From: Chloroflexota bacterium
GTDB taxonomy: Bacteria; Chloroflexota; Dehalococcoidia; Lucifugimonadales; UBA3495
Assembly: GCA_027623815.1 (NCBI GenBank)
Contig: JAQBUV010000004.1
Location: forward strand, 12,164-76,163
Reading direction: 5' to 3'
Length of the DNA stretch: 64,000 nt
Position numbers and translations under genes: made by a program. How positions within the stretch are numbered: position 1 is the first letter of the stretch; each line of letters starts with the position of its first letter. This document shows positions 26,908-35,210 of this stretch, piece after piece. The notes beneath the pieces were generated by a model, which was given only the letters and a program-made list of their open reading frames with translations, did no database searches and was not told the origin of the DNA.

Positions 26908-27055
26908 GGACAAATTCCTTTGATTGGCAGTGTTTTGAGATGGTCACGAAATGACCCCAGCAACATCCTCGCGGACTTAGCTCAGACAATGCGACTTGGT
27001 TCATCTTATTCAAACGGCTCACTGTTATGCGGTGGGCCGTTACCCAAGATACTGA

Positions 27056-27802
27056 ATGCCTAGTTCTGTTGACATAATAATTCCGGTCTACAATGAGGAA
27101 CGCGATCTGCCCAAAAGCATCAAGAAGCTGACCGAGTTCCTTGAGGCTAACTTGGCCAATCCCTGGCAGGTAATAATTGCCGACAATGCTTCCACCGACG
27201 GCACTCGCGCTGTTTCCGAAGGACTATGTACGCAATACCCGCACGTCAACTACCGGTATTTGTCACAAAAAGGCCGTGGGCGTGCTCTACGCGCAACCTG
27301 GCTGGAAAGCGATGCCGACCTGCTCAGCTATATGGACGTTGATCTCTCCACCGATTTGGCGTACTTCCCGCCGATGATCAAGGCCCTGGAGTCGGACTGC
27401 CACTTGGCGATTGGTAGCCGATTAAGCCGAGACTCGATAGTTGCCCGCTCCTTCAAGCGGGAGTTCATTTCACGAGCCTATAATCTGATGATCAGGGCAA
27501 TGTTCTTCACCACATTTCCCGATGCTCAGTGCGGGTTTAAGGCGTTAACCAGGCAAGCGGCTCAGGCCATCGTCCCCCAGATCAAGAACAACAACTGGTT
27601 TTTTGATACTGAATTGCTGATAATCGCCGCCAAAAATGGCTACCGAATCAAGTCGGTGCCGGTGAAGTGGGACGACGATCCCAACAGTTCGGTCAACGTA
27701 ATCAGCACTGTCACCGAAGATTTGAAAGGACTGCTCCGTCTGCGCTTTGGGGGTGTTCCCCGAGTGTTGCGTCCGGAGATAAGTCTAAGCGAGACAGGTT
27801 AG
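27056..27802 (+). CDS. Family 2 glycosyltransferase (dolichyl/polyprenyl-phosphate glycosyltransferase-like)
   Basis: 248 aa. IIIPVYNEERDL, ADNASTDGT and MDVDLS (DxD) motifs of GT-A GT2 enzymes. Confidence 0.85.
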   Translation: MPSSVDIIIPVYNEERDLPKSIKKLTEFLEANLANPWQVIIADNASTDGTRAVSEGLCTQYPHVNYRYLSQKGRGRALRATWLESDADLLSYMDVDLSTDLAYFPPMIKALESDCHLAIGSRLSRDSIVARSFKREFISRAYNLMIRAMFFTTFPDAQCGFKALTRQAAQAIVPQIKNNNWFFDTELLIIAAKNGYRIKSVPVKWDDDPNSSVNVISTVTEDLKGLLRLRFGGVPRVLRPEISLSETG

Positions 27803-27814
27803 GAGGACCGATTC

Positions 27815-28609
27815 ATGGAACTTGGTCTTAAGGGAAAAAACGTAGTTATAACCGGCGGTGGCTCCAACATTGGACGGGCCATTGTGCATGCCCTGGCCGC
27901 TGAAGGCTCCAATATCACCATCGCCGAGCTTGCCCCGGAACAGGGCGAGATAGTGGCCGCCGAAGTCGCGGCGATGAACACTGGCAGTCGAGTCAAGGTG
28001 ATCCCCACCAACGTGACCGATAACCAGCAAGTCGAGTCGATGGTCGCCCAATCTATCGCTGAGTTTGGCAGTATTGACGTTTTGGTCAACAACGTGGGCT
28101 GGACGGTTGACCGCCTGTTTTTGGACAAGCCCCGGGATGAGTACGAAAAAGAGGTTCAGGTTAATCTGTGGGGGGCGATCAACTGTATTCATGCCGTTCT
28201 ACCCCACATGATCGAACGGCAGTCGGGAGCAGTGGTTAGCATCAGTTCCGACGCCGGGCGCATGGGCGAATACCGGGAAGCGGTGTACTCGGCCTGCAAG
28301 GCCGGAGTTATCGCGCTGAGCAAAGCCATCGCACGGGAGACCGGACGCTACGGCCTGCGTTTGAACGTGGTGTGTCCTGGGTTGATCGTGCCGCCCCGGG
28401 GCGAGTCCATCAGCCCGGAGAGTATGTGGAACCAGATGCGGGACATCTTCACTGACGATGTGCTGGAAAGGGTGGAGCGAAACTACGTCCTGCGGCGTAT
28501 GGGTACCGCCGGCGAAATAGCCAATGCGGTGGTTTTTCTGGCGTCCGACGCGGCCAGCTTTATCACTGGGCAGACCCTGAGTGTCAGCGGCGGCTATACC
28601 ATGATGTGA
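27815..28609 (+). CDS. SDR-family oxidoreductase
   Basis: 264 aa. TGGGSNIGRAI, NNVG and YSACK motifs. Confidence 0.88.
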   Translation: MELGLKGKNVVITGGGSNIGRAIVHALAAEGSNITIAELAPEQGEIVAAEVAAMNTGSRVKVIPTNVTDNQQVESMVAQSIAEFGSIDVLVNNVGWTVDRLFLDKPRDEYEKEVQVNLWGAINCIHAVLPHMIERQSGAVVSISSDAGRMGEYREAVYSACKAGVIALSKAIARETGRYGLRLNVVCPGLIVPPRGESISPESMWNQMRDIFTDDVLERVERNYVLRRMGTAGEIANAVVFLASDAASFITGQTLSVSGGYTMM

Positions 28610-28812
28610 TGGATTCTTACCTGGACTTTGTACAAGAATATGCCGAAGTCCTGAGAACCGTCATTCCGGCGCAAGCCGCCCCGATCGAATCGGGGCAGTG
28701 GCGTCTCGTTATTGCCTGCGGGCGGTCTCTGGGCTTCGGCTTTCGCCGGAGCGACGGAGGAAGCATATTCTACAAACTCAAAATGTGCTGTCATGACTTG
28801 CGGTTATGGGGT

Positions 28813-28853
28813 CAAAAAAGACCGAGCGGCCCAGGTACTTCCCGGGCCGCTCG
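28813..28853 (-). terminator. Rho-independent terminator of the 28909..29802 gene
   Basis: On the - strand: CGAGCGGCCC-loop-GGGCCGCTCG followed by GTCTTTTTTG. Confidence 0.75.
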
Positions 28854-28908
28854 ATTATTCGTGGATTTGAAACTAACTCACCCAATCTGGTGAGTCAGGC
28901 GTTGCTCT

Positions 28909-29802
28909 TTAAAGAGCAGCTACCTGCTGACGGAGAGCCTCAAGCTCGTCAATCAACTGGGCCTTGGTCTTTTGCTTGTCCTTCATCCCACCATTGGACT
29001 TGCTGTTCATCGCTACCAGCTCAAAGGACCTGGCCTCGATCTTGGGCATGAGCGATTGAACCAGGCTTTCGTCCACCGCGCTGGCGATGGATGGGTAACC
29101 CGCCCGTTCGATCATGGACTTCAATTTGCCGCTCTTGAACTGGTCAAGAGTCCAACGCAAGGTGTCGCCAGCAGTGGTGGTGTCCCAGTAGATGCGAATA
29201 TCCTGGTTGCGCGGCCCGTAATGGTAGTGAGGGCCAACCTCGAAGCAGTCGAAGGCCAACAGCTCAACTTCTTCGTCGGCTACATCAGACAGGACGTGGA
29301 TTGCCAGACCCCGGTCGTTGTTGACCTCCCGGAATTCCAGTCCAAAGCGAATGTTACCCGCCTCGACCATGTCGCCTTCCAACAACCGCTCCAGCTTGTG
29401 GTGCACAGTGCGACGGCCGGTACGAGCCAACTCACGGGCTTTTTCCTCGATCTGGTCCAGAATGGGTGTCTGAATGGGGTGCGACCCTAATTTGGCGGCC
29501 AGTTCATCATAGCCCGCCCGCCTGACCATGCCAGGCAGGTTGTTGCGGAGTTGTCCCAGCGTCCAACCAACGGGGTTGCCAGCGGTGGTCTTGTCCATTG
29601 GCAGGCGGATGTTATGGTTCTCCGGGCCGTAGTGGTAGTGCGGAGCCTGGTCGAAGCAGTCGAAACGCAGGATCTCGGTATCCTTGCCGTCCACATCTCC
29701 GTATACCTGTATCATCAAGCCCTGGTCTGGCATCAGTTCCTTCCGATAGACCATAGCTACGCTCACTGGGCCAGCGTTTATGACGGTGTTGCCTTTTTCC
29801 AT
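28909..29802 (-). CDS. Hypothetical protein made of two tandem copies of an uncharacterised domain of roughly 115-140 aa (FDCF..PHYHYGP motif)
   Basis: ATG at 29802 lies 6 nt after GGAGGAG (the tracked ORF extends to 29880). Halves align: ILRFDCFDQAPHYHYGPENHNIRLPMDKTTAGNPVGWTLGQL against LLAFDCFEVGPHYHYGPRNQDIRIYWDTTTAGDTLRWTLDQF. Coiled-coil-like C-terminus. Confidence 0.7.
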   Translation of the reverse strand: MEKGNTVINAGPVSVAMVYRKELMPDQGLMIQVYGDVDGKDTEILRFDCFDQAPHYHYGPENHNIRLPMDKTTAGNPVGWTLGQLRNNLPGMVRRAGYDELAAKLGSHPIQTPILDQIEEKARELARTGRRTVHHKLERLLEGDMVEAGNIRFGLEFREVNNDRGLAIHVLSDVADEEVELLAFDCFEVGPHYHYGPRNQDIRIYWDTTTAGDTLRWTLDQFKSGKLKSMIERAGYPSIASAVDESLVQSLMPKIEARSFELVAMNSKSNGGMKDKQKTKAQLIDELEALRQQVAAL

Positions 29803-30055
29803 AGTAGCTCCTCCTTCTTGCTTGGAATCAACCGTTAGGTACCTAGGGGGATTGATTTTTGCAATTATAGCATGCTGCAAACAGTTCGCAAATCACTTTC
29901 TAGAATATCCATTTTCTGGGCCTCCCGTACGTGCCAGAATAGTCCCATTTGGTGAATTCAGCCAGTATCGCCTTGCGGGGGCGAGCCAGTTGACCTAAAT
30001 TTCAGTCACTTACCATCTAGCTTTCAAGCTAGCGTTCGAACATTATGGAATCAAC

Positions 30056-30976
30056 TTGAAAATACTGGTTATGCCGATGCAATTGTTTATCCGTTGGTGG
30101 TCGCTCTTGCTGCTGTCGTTTGTTCTCACGGCTGCTCTCACGGCGTGCGGCGCGGCAGACTTGCCGGGTCGGTCTAATCCCACTAATGGATCGACCGCTC
30201 AGCCTTCCGACCCGGGCCATGCCGTAATAGCAACCATTGCACCCCTGCCAGCCAACCCGGTCGTATCGCCGACCGATGCTTCTTCGGACAATCCAACTTC
30301 TCAGAGGTCGTCACCGTCCAATGTTATCGCGACTATCCTTTCCCAGGAATCCGGAGAATCAGGGGAATTTGCCGAGTCCGATTCGCCTCATCCTACCCCG
30401 ACCGCCACCGCATTGCCTACACCCACGCCGGCTCCCAGCCCGAGTCCAACACCAGTGCCTACTGTCACTCCCCAGCCGACGGCCACTCTGTCCCCAACTG
30501 CGACGCTTCCGCCCACCGCTACTCCCGCACCGACGCCTACTTACCCACCGTCCACGTCAACTCCGACGCCGCCCACCGTGACACCGATACCACCACCAAC
30601 GCCCACCACGCCCACGGCGGGGCCGCCAACGGGAATCATCATCGAATGTATCTTCTTCGATGGTCTGGTGCTCCGTTCCGAGTCCGACGAGTACGTGCAA
30701 CTGCTGAATACCACTGCTGTTGAAATCGACCTGGCGGGCTGGGTGCTGCGGGACACCGCCGACGACACGCCCAGTTTTGCCTTTCCGGATTACCAGCTTC
30801 GGCCCAGCGGAAGGATCAGGGTGTACACCGATGAAGTTCATCCGGAGTGGGGAGGATTCACCTTCGGTTGGGGCCGCTCAGTGTGGAACAATAACCCCAG
30901 CGAGCCAGATACCGCCGGTCTGTTCAACCCGCAAGGCCAACTGGTGTCCGCGAAAAGCTATCCCCCGGGCTGCTAG
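30056..30976 (+). CDS. Lipoprotein with Pro/Thr-rich linker and C-terminal lamin-tail (LTD) domain
   Basis: 306 aa. Signal peptide with lipobox-like LTAC. About 110 aa of PT-rich low complexity. C-terminal ...IIECIFFDG....DEYVQLLNTTAVEIDLAGWVLRD...RIRVYT resembles the LTD fold. Confidence 0.7.
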   Translation: MKILVMPMQLFIRWWSLLLLSFVLTAALTACGAADLPGRSNPTNGSTAQPSDPGHAVIATIAPLPANPVVSPTDASSDNPTSQRSSPSNVIATILSQESGESGEFAESDSPHPTPTATALPTPTPAPSPSPTPVPTVTPQPTATLSPTATLPPTATPAPTPTYPPSTSTPTPPTVTPIPPPTPTTPTAGPPTGIIIECIFFDGLVLRSESDEYVQLLNTTAVEIDLAGWVLRDTADDTPSFAFPDYQLRPSGRIRVYTDEVHPEWGGFTFGWGRSVWNNNPSEPDTAGLFNPQGQLVSAKSYPPGC

Positions 30977-30981
30977 CTAAC

Positions 30982-31464
30982 TCACACCAGCATCTGGATT
31001 TGGACGGCGGGCAGATTTTCGACCGCTGTCCAATCTGTGTCTAAGCCTGATCCAATGTGTTCCAGCCTTTGCTTCACATCTTCCCGCAGGCTAGCGGTGT
31101 CGATGCCCAAAAACTGGGGCGAGAAAGGCGCCAAAGCGTAGGCGGCATCGCCCAGCTTGACCAATGCCCCGTGTCGGTTGCGACGCTCCAGATGTAACAA
31201 CCCCACGGCGGCCTTGATCAGCCCGTGATAGAACAAACGCAGCGGATACCGTTCTGGCAGCCAGATAGCTTCCAATGTCTCGTGGCAGTGCCAATATTGG
31301 CCCTGGTTGAATTCTCCGACGGCCTGGGTCAATAGATCCGGCGTCGTGGGCACATCAGTTAGGAACGCCGTTATGCCCTGGATGTGAAGTGCTTGCAGCC
31401 ATTCTTCGTCCAGCCTCTTGCGTTCGCCTTTAGCGGGATAGTCGGGCAGATTGCCAGCCGTCAC
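30982..31464 (-). CDS. DUF309 domain protein
   Basis: FNQGQYWHCHETLEAIWL....YHGLIKAAVGLLHLERRN is the DUF309 signature. GTG 31464 lies 6 nt after GAGGAG. The ORF is open up to 31608, so the start is uncertain. Confidence 0.7.
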   Translation of the reverse strand: MTAGNLPDYPAKGERKRLDEEWLQALHIQGITAFLTDVPTTPDLLTQAVGEFNQGQYWHCHETLEAIWLPERYPLRLFYHGLIKAAVGLLHLERRNRHGALVKLGDAAYALAPFSPQFLGIDTASLREDVKQRLEHIGSGLDTDWTAVENLPAVQIQMLV

Positions 31465-31742
31465 CGGTCGCTCCTCATGCTTGGTTCGTAGTATATATTG
31501 TACGCCACAGGCCATCCGTAAATGATTTTGGCGATATACGCAATTTTGAAGCCTTGTATTGGGACAATACCAGGTGAAGCCCGCAGAGTCGTAATGACCT
31601 GCCACCAAAATTCTACCTTCTTGTTACCACCTTTCCACTGGCTTGGAGAGAATTCGGTGAGGACAGGCTGTTAGCTTTAATATAGATACAAAGTATTAGT
31701 TAATATTCTTTTTCTGAAATCAACAACTCGAGGGGGAAGACA

Positions 31743-33956
31743 ATGAATCAGTCCGCGATCAACCCAAAGTGGCAAACCCTGGCTGGTACTGCTATCGCCT
31801 TTATTTTAGGATTCGCTCTCGTTCTGTTTGTCCTGAATATTGAGGCTCCCAAAGTTTCAGCCAGTGCAAACGATCCAACTACTACCTTGGCATTGGGCAA
31901 TACCTCCGGTTCATTGGTAATCGATATTGCGCCCAGGATTGGAGTCAATCAAGTTGGCGACCCGCACACAGTGGTTGCAACTGTGACCACCACCGGATCA
32001 CAGCCCGCAGCCAACGCAACCGTCAATTTTGAGGTTGTGGTAGGCCCTAGCGTCGGCCTAACCGGCTCTGTCACGACCAACAGTAGCGGTGAAGCTCCGT
32101 TCACCTATAGCAGTTCCAGCACGGGAATAGACATAATTCAAGCCTGTGTTACCGACGAGAATTCCGGGCAGGCTTGCGATCTGGCCGTTAAATGGTGGGT
32201 CGGGTCATCTCCCGTTCGAGACATCGACTTGTCACCCGACCGCGCGTCAAATCTGGTGGGTACCAGCCATACCGTTACCGCCAGCCTCTCTGAGGAAGGC
32301 AGTCCTTTGAACGGGGCTTTGATCGCCTTTGAAATTCTGGCAGGCCCCAATGAAGGTGTCACCAGTTCTGCCACTACCGATAGCAGCGGTGAAGCCCCCT
32401 TCACCTACACCGGCACAGCAGTTGGTGTGGATACCATCCAGGCCTGCGCCCGCGATGGAAATTCTGGCCGCATCTGTGATCAGGCTCTAAAGCAATGGAT
32501 TTTGGTCGCCCCAGTGCGCACCCTTGATTTATCACCGGCCAGCGCGTCCAATCTGGTAGGCACCAGCCATACCGTGACTGCCACCGTCGCTGACGGAGAC
32601 CAAGCCGTGGGCGGTGCCTTGGTTGTCTTTGAAGTGATCAGCGGCCCCACTGTCGGTGTCACCGGCTCGGCCACCACCAATAGCAGCGGCAATGCACCCT
32701 TTGCTTACACCGGCACTGCTACCGGTTTGGACACCATTCAGGCTTGCGCCGACAACGGAAATTCTGGCCGCGTATGTGACCAGGCGATCAAACGGTGGAC
32801 TCCAGTAACCACTACCCGCACGCTCGGCTTGTCACCGAAGCGGGCAACTAACCCCGTTGGTACTGGCCATACCGTGACTGCCACCGTTGCTGACGGAGAC
32901 CAAGCCGTGAGCGGTGCCTTGGTCGTCTTTGAAGTGATCGGCGGCCCCACTGTCGGTGCCACCGGGTCGGCCACCACCAATAGCAGCGGTGAAGCACCCT
33001 TCACCTACTCCGGCACAGCGGTCGGCGTGGACACCATACAGGCTTGCACCAGCGACGGTGACCTCCGCGTCTGCGACCAGGCCCGCAAACAATGGACTTT
33101 GGAGAATCAAAACCGGTTTATTAACCTGGAGCCAGCCCGGGCAATTAACCCCGTTGGTACCAGCCATACGGTCATCGCCAGCGTGTCTAATGGAAGATTC
33201 AGTCCGGTAAGCGGTGCGCTGGTCGCCTTTAGAGTGGTCAGCGGCCCCACGGTTGGCATCACTGGTTCGTCCACCACCAATAGCAGGGGTGAAGCCCCCT
33301 TCACCTACACCGGCACAGCAGTCGGCGTGGACACCATACAGGCTTGTACCAGCGACGGCCGCGTCTGCGACCGCGCTACCAAGAGGTGGACTGAGGATCA
33401 GACGCCTCCCGATGGAACGTCCTGTCAGGGAGAGAATTCCTGCCGAGGAAGAATCGTATCGGTGGGAGCTAATTCCTGCAATGCGGAAAACTCCTGCAAC
33501 GGCAATAACATCTCCATTGGAGACAATTCTTGTAACGAAGAGGACAGTTGCCGAGGCAACACCAACCGTATTGCGAACCGTTCCTGTAATGGAGAAGAGG
33601 CCTGCCGGGGCAATAACCAGCGCATAGAAGATGGTTCCTGTAACGACCAGGAAGCCTGCCGGGGGAACCGCAACCAGATTGGAGACAATTCTTGTAACGG
33701 AGAGGAGGCCTGCCGGGGCAACAATATGGTCGTTGAGGCCAACCAGTGCAACCGAGATGAAGCTTGCCGAGACCGAGGGGAGGACCGGGGTCGTAATCCC
33801 GGAGGTGACGAAGAGGAAGACGAGCATGAGGATGAGAATGATGAAGATGAAGAAGATGATGATGACGAAGAATTTCGAAACGGCAACAACAACGGCAACG
33901 GCGGCGGCGGCAACAATGGTAACAGAGGCAGGCAGAACGGCAGAGACCGAGACTAA
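31743..33956 (+). CDS. Large membrane-anchored repeat protein: 5 Ig-like (Big_1-like) repeats, 7 Cys-rich 18-aa repeats, poly-acidic and N/G-rich tail
   Basis: 737 aa. ATG preceded by GAGGGGGA. N-terminal TM helix (aa 13-32). The repeat structure is clear at both protein and DNA level. A rho-independent terminator follows. Confidence 0.85.
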   Translation: MNQSAINPKWQTLAGTAIAFILGFALVLFVLNIEAPKVSASANDPTTTLALGNTSGSLVIDIAPRIGVNQVGDPHTVVATVTTTGSQPAANATVNFEVVVGPSVGLTGSVTTNSSGEAPFTYSSSSTGIDIIQACVTDENSGQACDLAVKWWVGSSPVRDIDLSPDRASNLVGTSHTVTASLSEEGSPLNGALIAFEILAGPNEGVTSSATTDSSGEAPFTYTGTAVGVDTIQACARDGNSGRICDQALKQWILVAPVRTLDLSPASASNLVGTSHTVTATVADGDQAVGGALVVFEVISGPTVGVTGSATTNSSGNAPFAYTGTATGLDTIQACADNGNSGRVCDQAIKRWTPVTTTRTLGLSPKRATNPVGTGHTVTATVADGDQAVSGALVVFEVIGGPTVGATGSATTNSSGEAPFTYSGTAVGVDTIQACTSDGDLRVCDQARKQWTLENQNRFINLEPARAINPVGTSHTVIASVSNGRFSPVSGALVAFRVVSGPTVGITGSSTTNSRGEAPFTYTGTAVGVDTIQACTSDGRVCDRATKRWTEDQTPPDGTSCQGENSCRGRIVSVGANSCNAENSCNGNNISIGDNSCNEEDSCRGNTNRIANRSCNGEEACRGNNQRIEDGSCNDQEACRGNRNQIGDNSCNGEEACRGNNMVVEANQCNRDEACRDRGEDRGRNPGGDEEEDEHEDENDEDEEDDDDEEFRNGNNNGNGGGGNNGNRGRQNGRDRD
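31914..33392 (+). repeat. Five tandem coding repeats of about 300 nt (Ig-like units) inside the 737-aa gene
   Basis: Each unit contains VGTSHTVTA...GALV.FEV..GP.VG.TGS.TTNSSGEAPFTYTGTA.G.DTIQAC....C.DQA.K.W. Units 3 and 4 (around 32520-32820 and 32820-33120) are over 90% identical at DNA level by eye. Confidence 0.85.
33420..33770 (+). repeat. Seven tandem 54-nt coding repeats (18-aa units, consensus SCNGEEACRGNNxxIxDN)
   Basis: SCQGENSCRGRIVSVGAN / SCNAENSCNGNNISIGDN / SCNEEDSCRGNTNRIANR / SCNGEEACRGNNQRIEDG / SCNDQEACRGNRNQIGDN / SCNGEEACRGNNMVVEAN / QCNRDEACRD. Confidence 0.85.
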
Positions 33957-33977
33957 CCTCCCGCAAGCCTAGCTGAA

Positions 33978-34005
33978 GGGCTCCTCGTAAGAGGGGCCCT
34001 TTTTT
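33978..34005 (+). terminator. Rho-independent terminator
   Basis: GGGCTCCTC-GTAA-GAGGGGCCC (9-bp stem with one G-U) followed by TTTTTT. Confidence 0.8.
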
Positions 34006-34093
34006 GTTGACTACCTCCTCCCCGTAAAGTAAGCTGAGTCGCCTCCATCCTTAGAGGTGATAATCTTCAGGTTTGCTGCGAGGTGACTGCCGA

Positions 34094-35032
34094 ATGGAAA
34101 TTGGACTGAGTATTCCCCGTCTGCCCGACGCCGAGGGCATCCGTCGTTTCGTCAAACGGGCGGAGGAACTGGGATTCGAGTCGGTGCTGGTTGGCGACCA
34201 TATTGTGCTGCCCACTGAGGGCACCGACCAATATCCATATACTGCCGATGGTTCTTTCTCCCGTCCCTCTGACGAACCCTTCCTGGAGACCATGACCATG
34301 CTGGGCTACATGGCGGCCTGCACCGATACAATCAAGCTGGGCAGCACTGTGATCATCCTGCCCTACCGAAACCCGATTGTTCAAGCCAAGATGTTTGCGT
34401 CCCTGGATGTTCTGACCAACGGCCGGATGATCTGCGGCGGCGGTGTGGGCTGGCTGGAGAAGGAGTTTGAGACGTTGGGGGTGCCCTACGACCAGCGGGG
34501 GCCGATGAGCGATGAGTTCCTGCAAATTTTCAAGATTCTTTGGACGGAAGCCAACCCGGAATTTCACGGTAAGTTCTACCAATTTGAGGGCATTCAGTTC
34601 AACCCCAAGCCGGTGCAAAAGCCCTACATCCCGATCTGGGTTGGTGGGCACAGCCGACGGGCGTTGCGCCGCACCGCCAAATACGGGGATTGCTGGCATA
34701 CCACTCGCCAGACCCCGGACTATGTGGCGCAAAATCTCCCGTATCTACGCCAACAGACGGAGAAAGCCGGACGGGATCCCGCCAGCATTTCCGTATCGCT
34801 GAAACGCAGCCTGCACTTCACCGACCTGGGAGCGGCGGAGGGCGGTTCAGTGCGCTCCGGCGGCGTGGTGATCGGAACTACTCAGGAAGTCGTCGACGAC
34901 GTTTACTACTGCCGTGAGTTGGGTATTGACCAGTTGACCTACGACTTTCGGGTGGATGGCACCGACGCCAGCATTGAAGTCATGGAGCATCTAGCTGACA
35001 ACGTTCTGTCGGTGGCCCGCCGCCTGGGCTGA
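34094..35032 (+). CDS. LLM-class (luciferase-like) F420-dependent-type oxidoreductase
   Basis: MEIGLSIP......AEELGFESVLVGDHIVLP and IPIWVGGHS are typical of the F420-linked LLM subfamily. ATG 34094 lies 7 nt after AGGTGA. Confidence 0.8.
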   Translation: MEIGLSIPRLPDAEGIRRFVKRAEELGFESVLVGDHIVLPTEGTDQYPYTADGSFSRPSDEPFLETMTMLGYMAACTDTIKLGSTVIILPYRNPIVQAKMFASLDVLTNGRMICGGGVGWLEKEFETLGVPYDQRGPMSDEFLQIFKILWTEANPEFHGKFYQFEGIQFNPKPVQKPYIPIWVGGHSRRALRRTAKYGDCWHTTRQTPDYVAQNLPYLRQQTEKAGRDPASISVSLKRSLHFTDLGAAEGGSVRSGGVVIGTTQEVVDDVYYCRELGIDQLTYDFRVDGTDASIEVMEHLADNVLSVARRLG

Positions 35033-35055
35033 GCACGATACATACCCATGCAAAA

Positions 35056-35093
35056 AATTAGTAAGGGCGCACGACTGTGCGCCCTTACTAATT
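35056..35093. terminator. 17-bp perfect hairpin; strong terminator for the - strand gene, possibly bidirectional
   Basis: AATTAGTAAGGGCGCAC-GACT-GTGCGCCCTTACTAATT. On the - strand it is followed by TTTTTTG. Confidence 0.75.
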
Positions 35094-35113
35094 GGAATAC
35101 TTTAGGGAATTGT

Positions 35114-35210
35114 CTTAGGGCTCATGACGAAATAACTGATGCAATCGTTAGCTGTAACCCTATTTGGGAAGTCTCACACGTGAACCATTTATTTCGTCAT
35201 GATGCCTTAG
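35114..35210. mobile_element. 97-bp MITE-like element, copy C (identical to copy B)
   Basis: Same 97 nt as 18169-18265. It lies between the stop codon of the gamma-CA-like gene and its terminator. The stop codon (35207-35209) falls inside the flanking TTAG. Confidence 0.75.

Noticed and set aside
31914-33392. Regular repeats of about 300 nt, considered as a possible CRISPR or satellite array
   Set aside because: The period is far too long for CRISPR and there is no repeat-spacer alternation. The repeats are in frame and encode Ig-like domains of a single ORF.
32832-33827. 331-aa ORF on the - strand inside the giant repeat gene, plus the 163- and 165-aa antisense ORFs at 33425-33966
   Set aside because: Antisense shadow ORFs of a GC-rich, repeat-rich coding region. 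Their translations are low-complexity (Ser/Gly/Ala/Arg runs) with no start context. The + strand frame has clear domain structure, an SD and a terminator.
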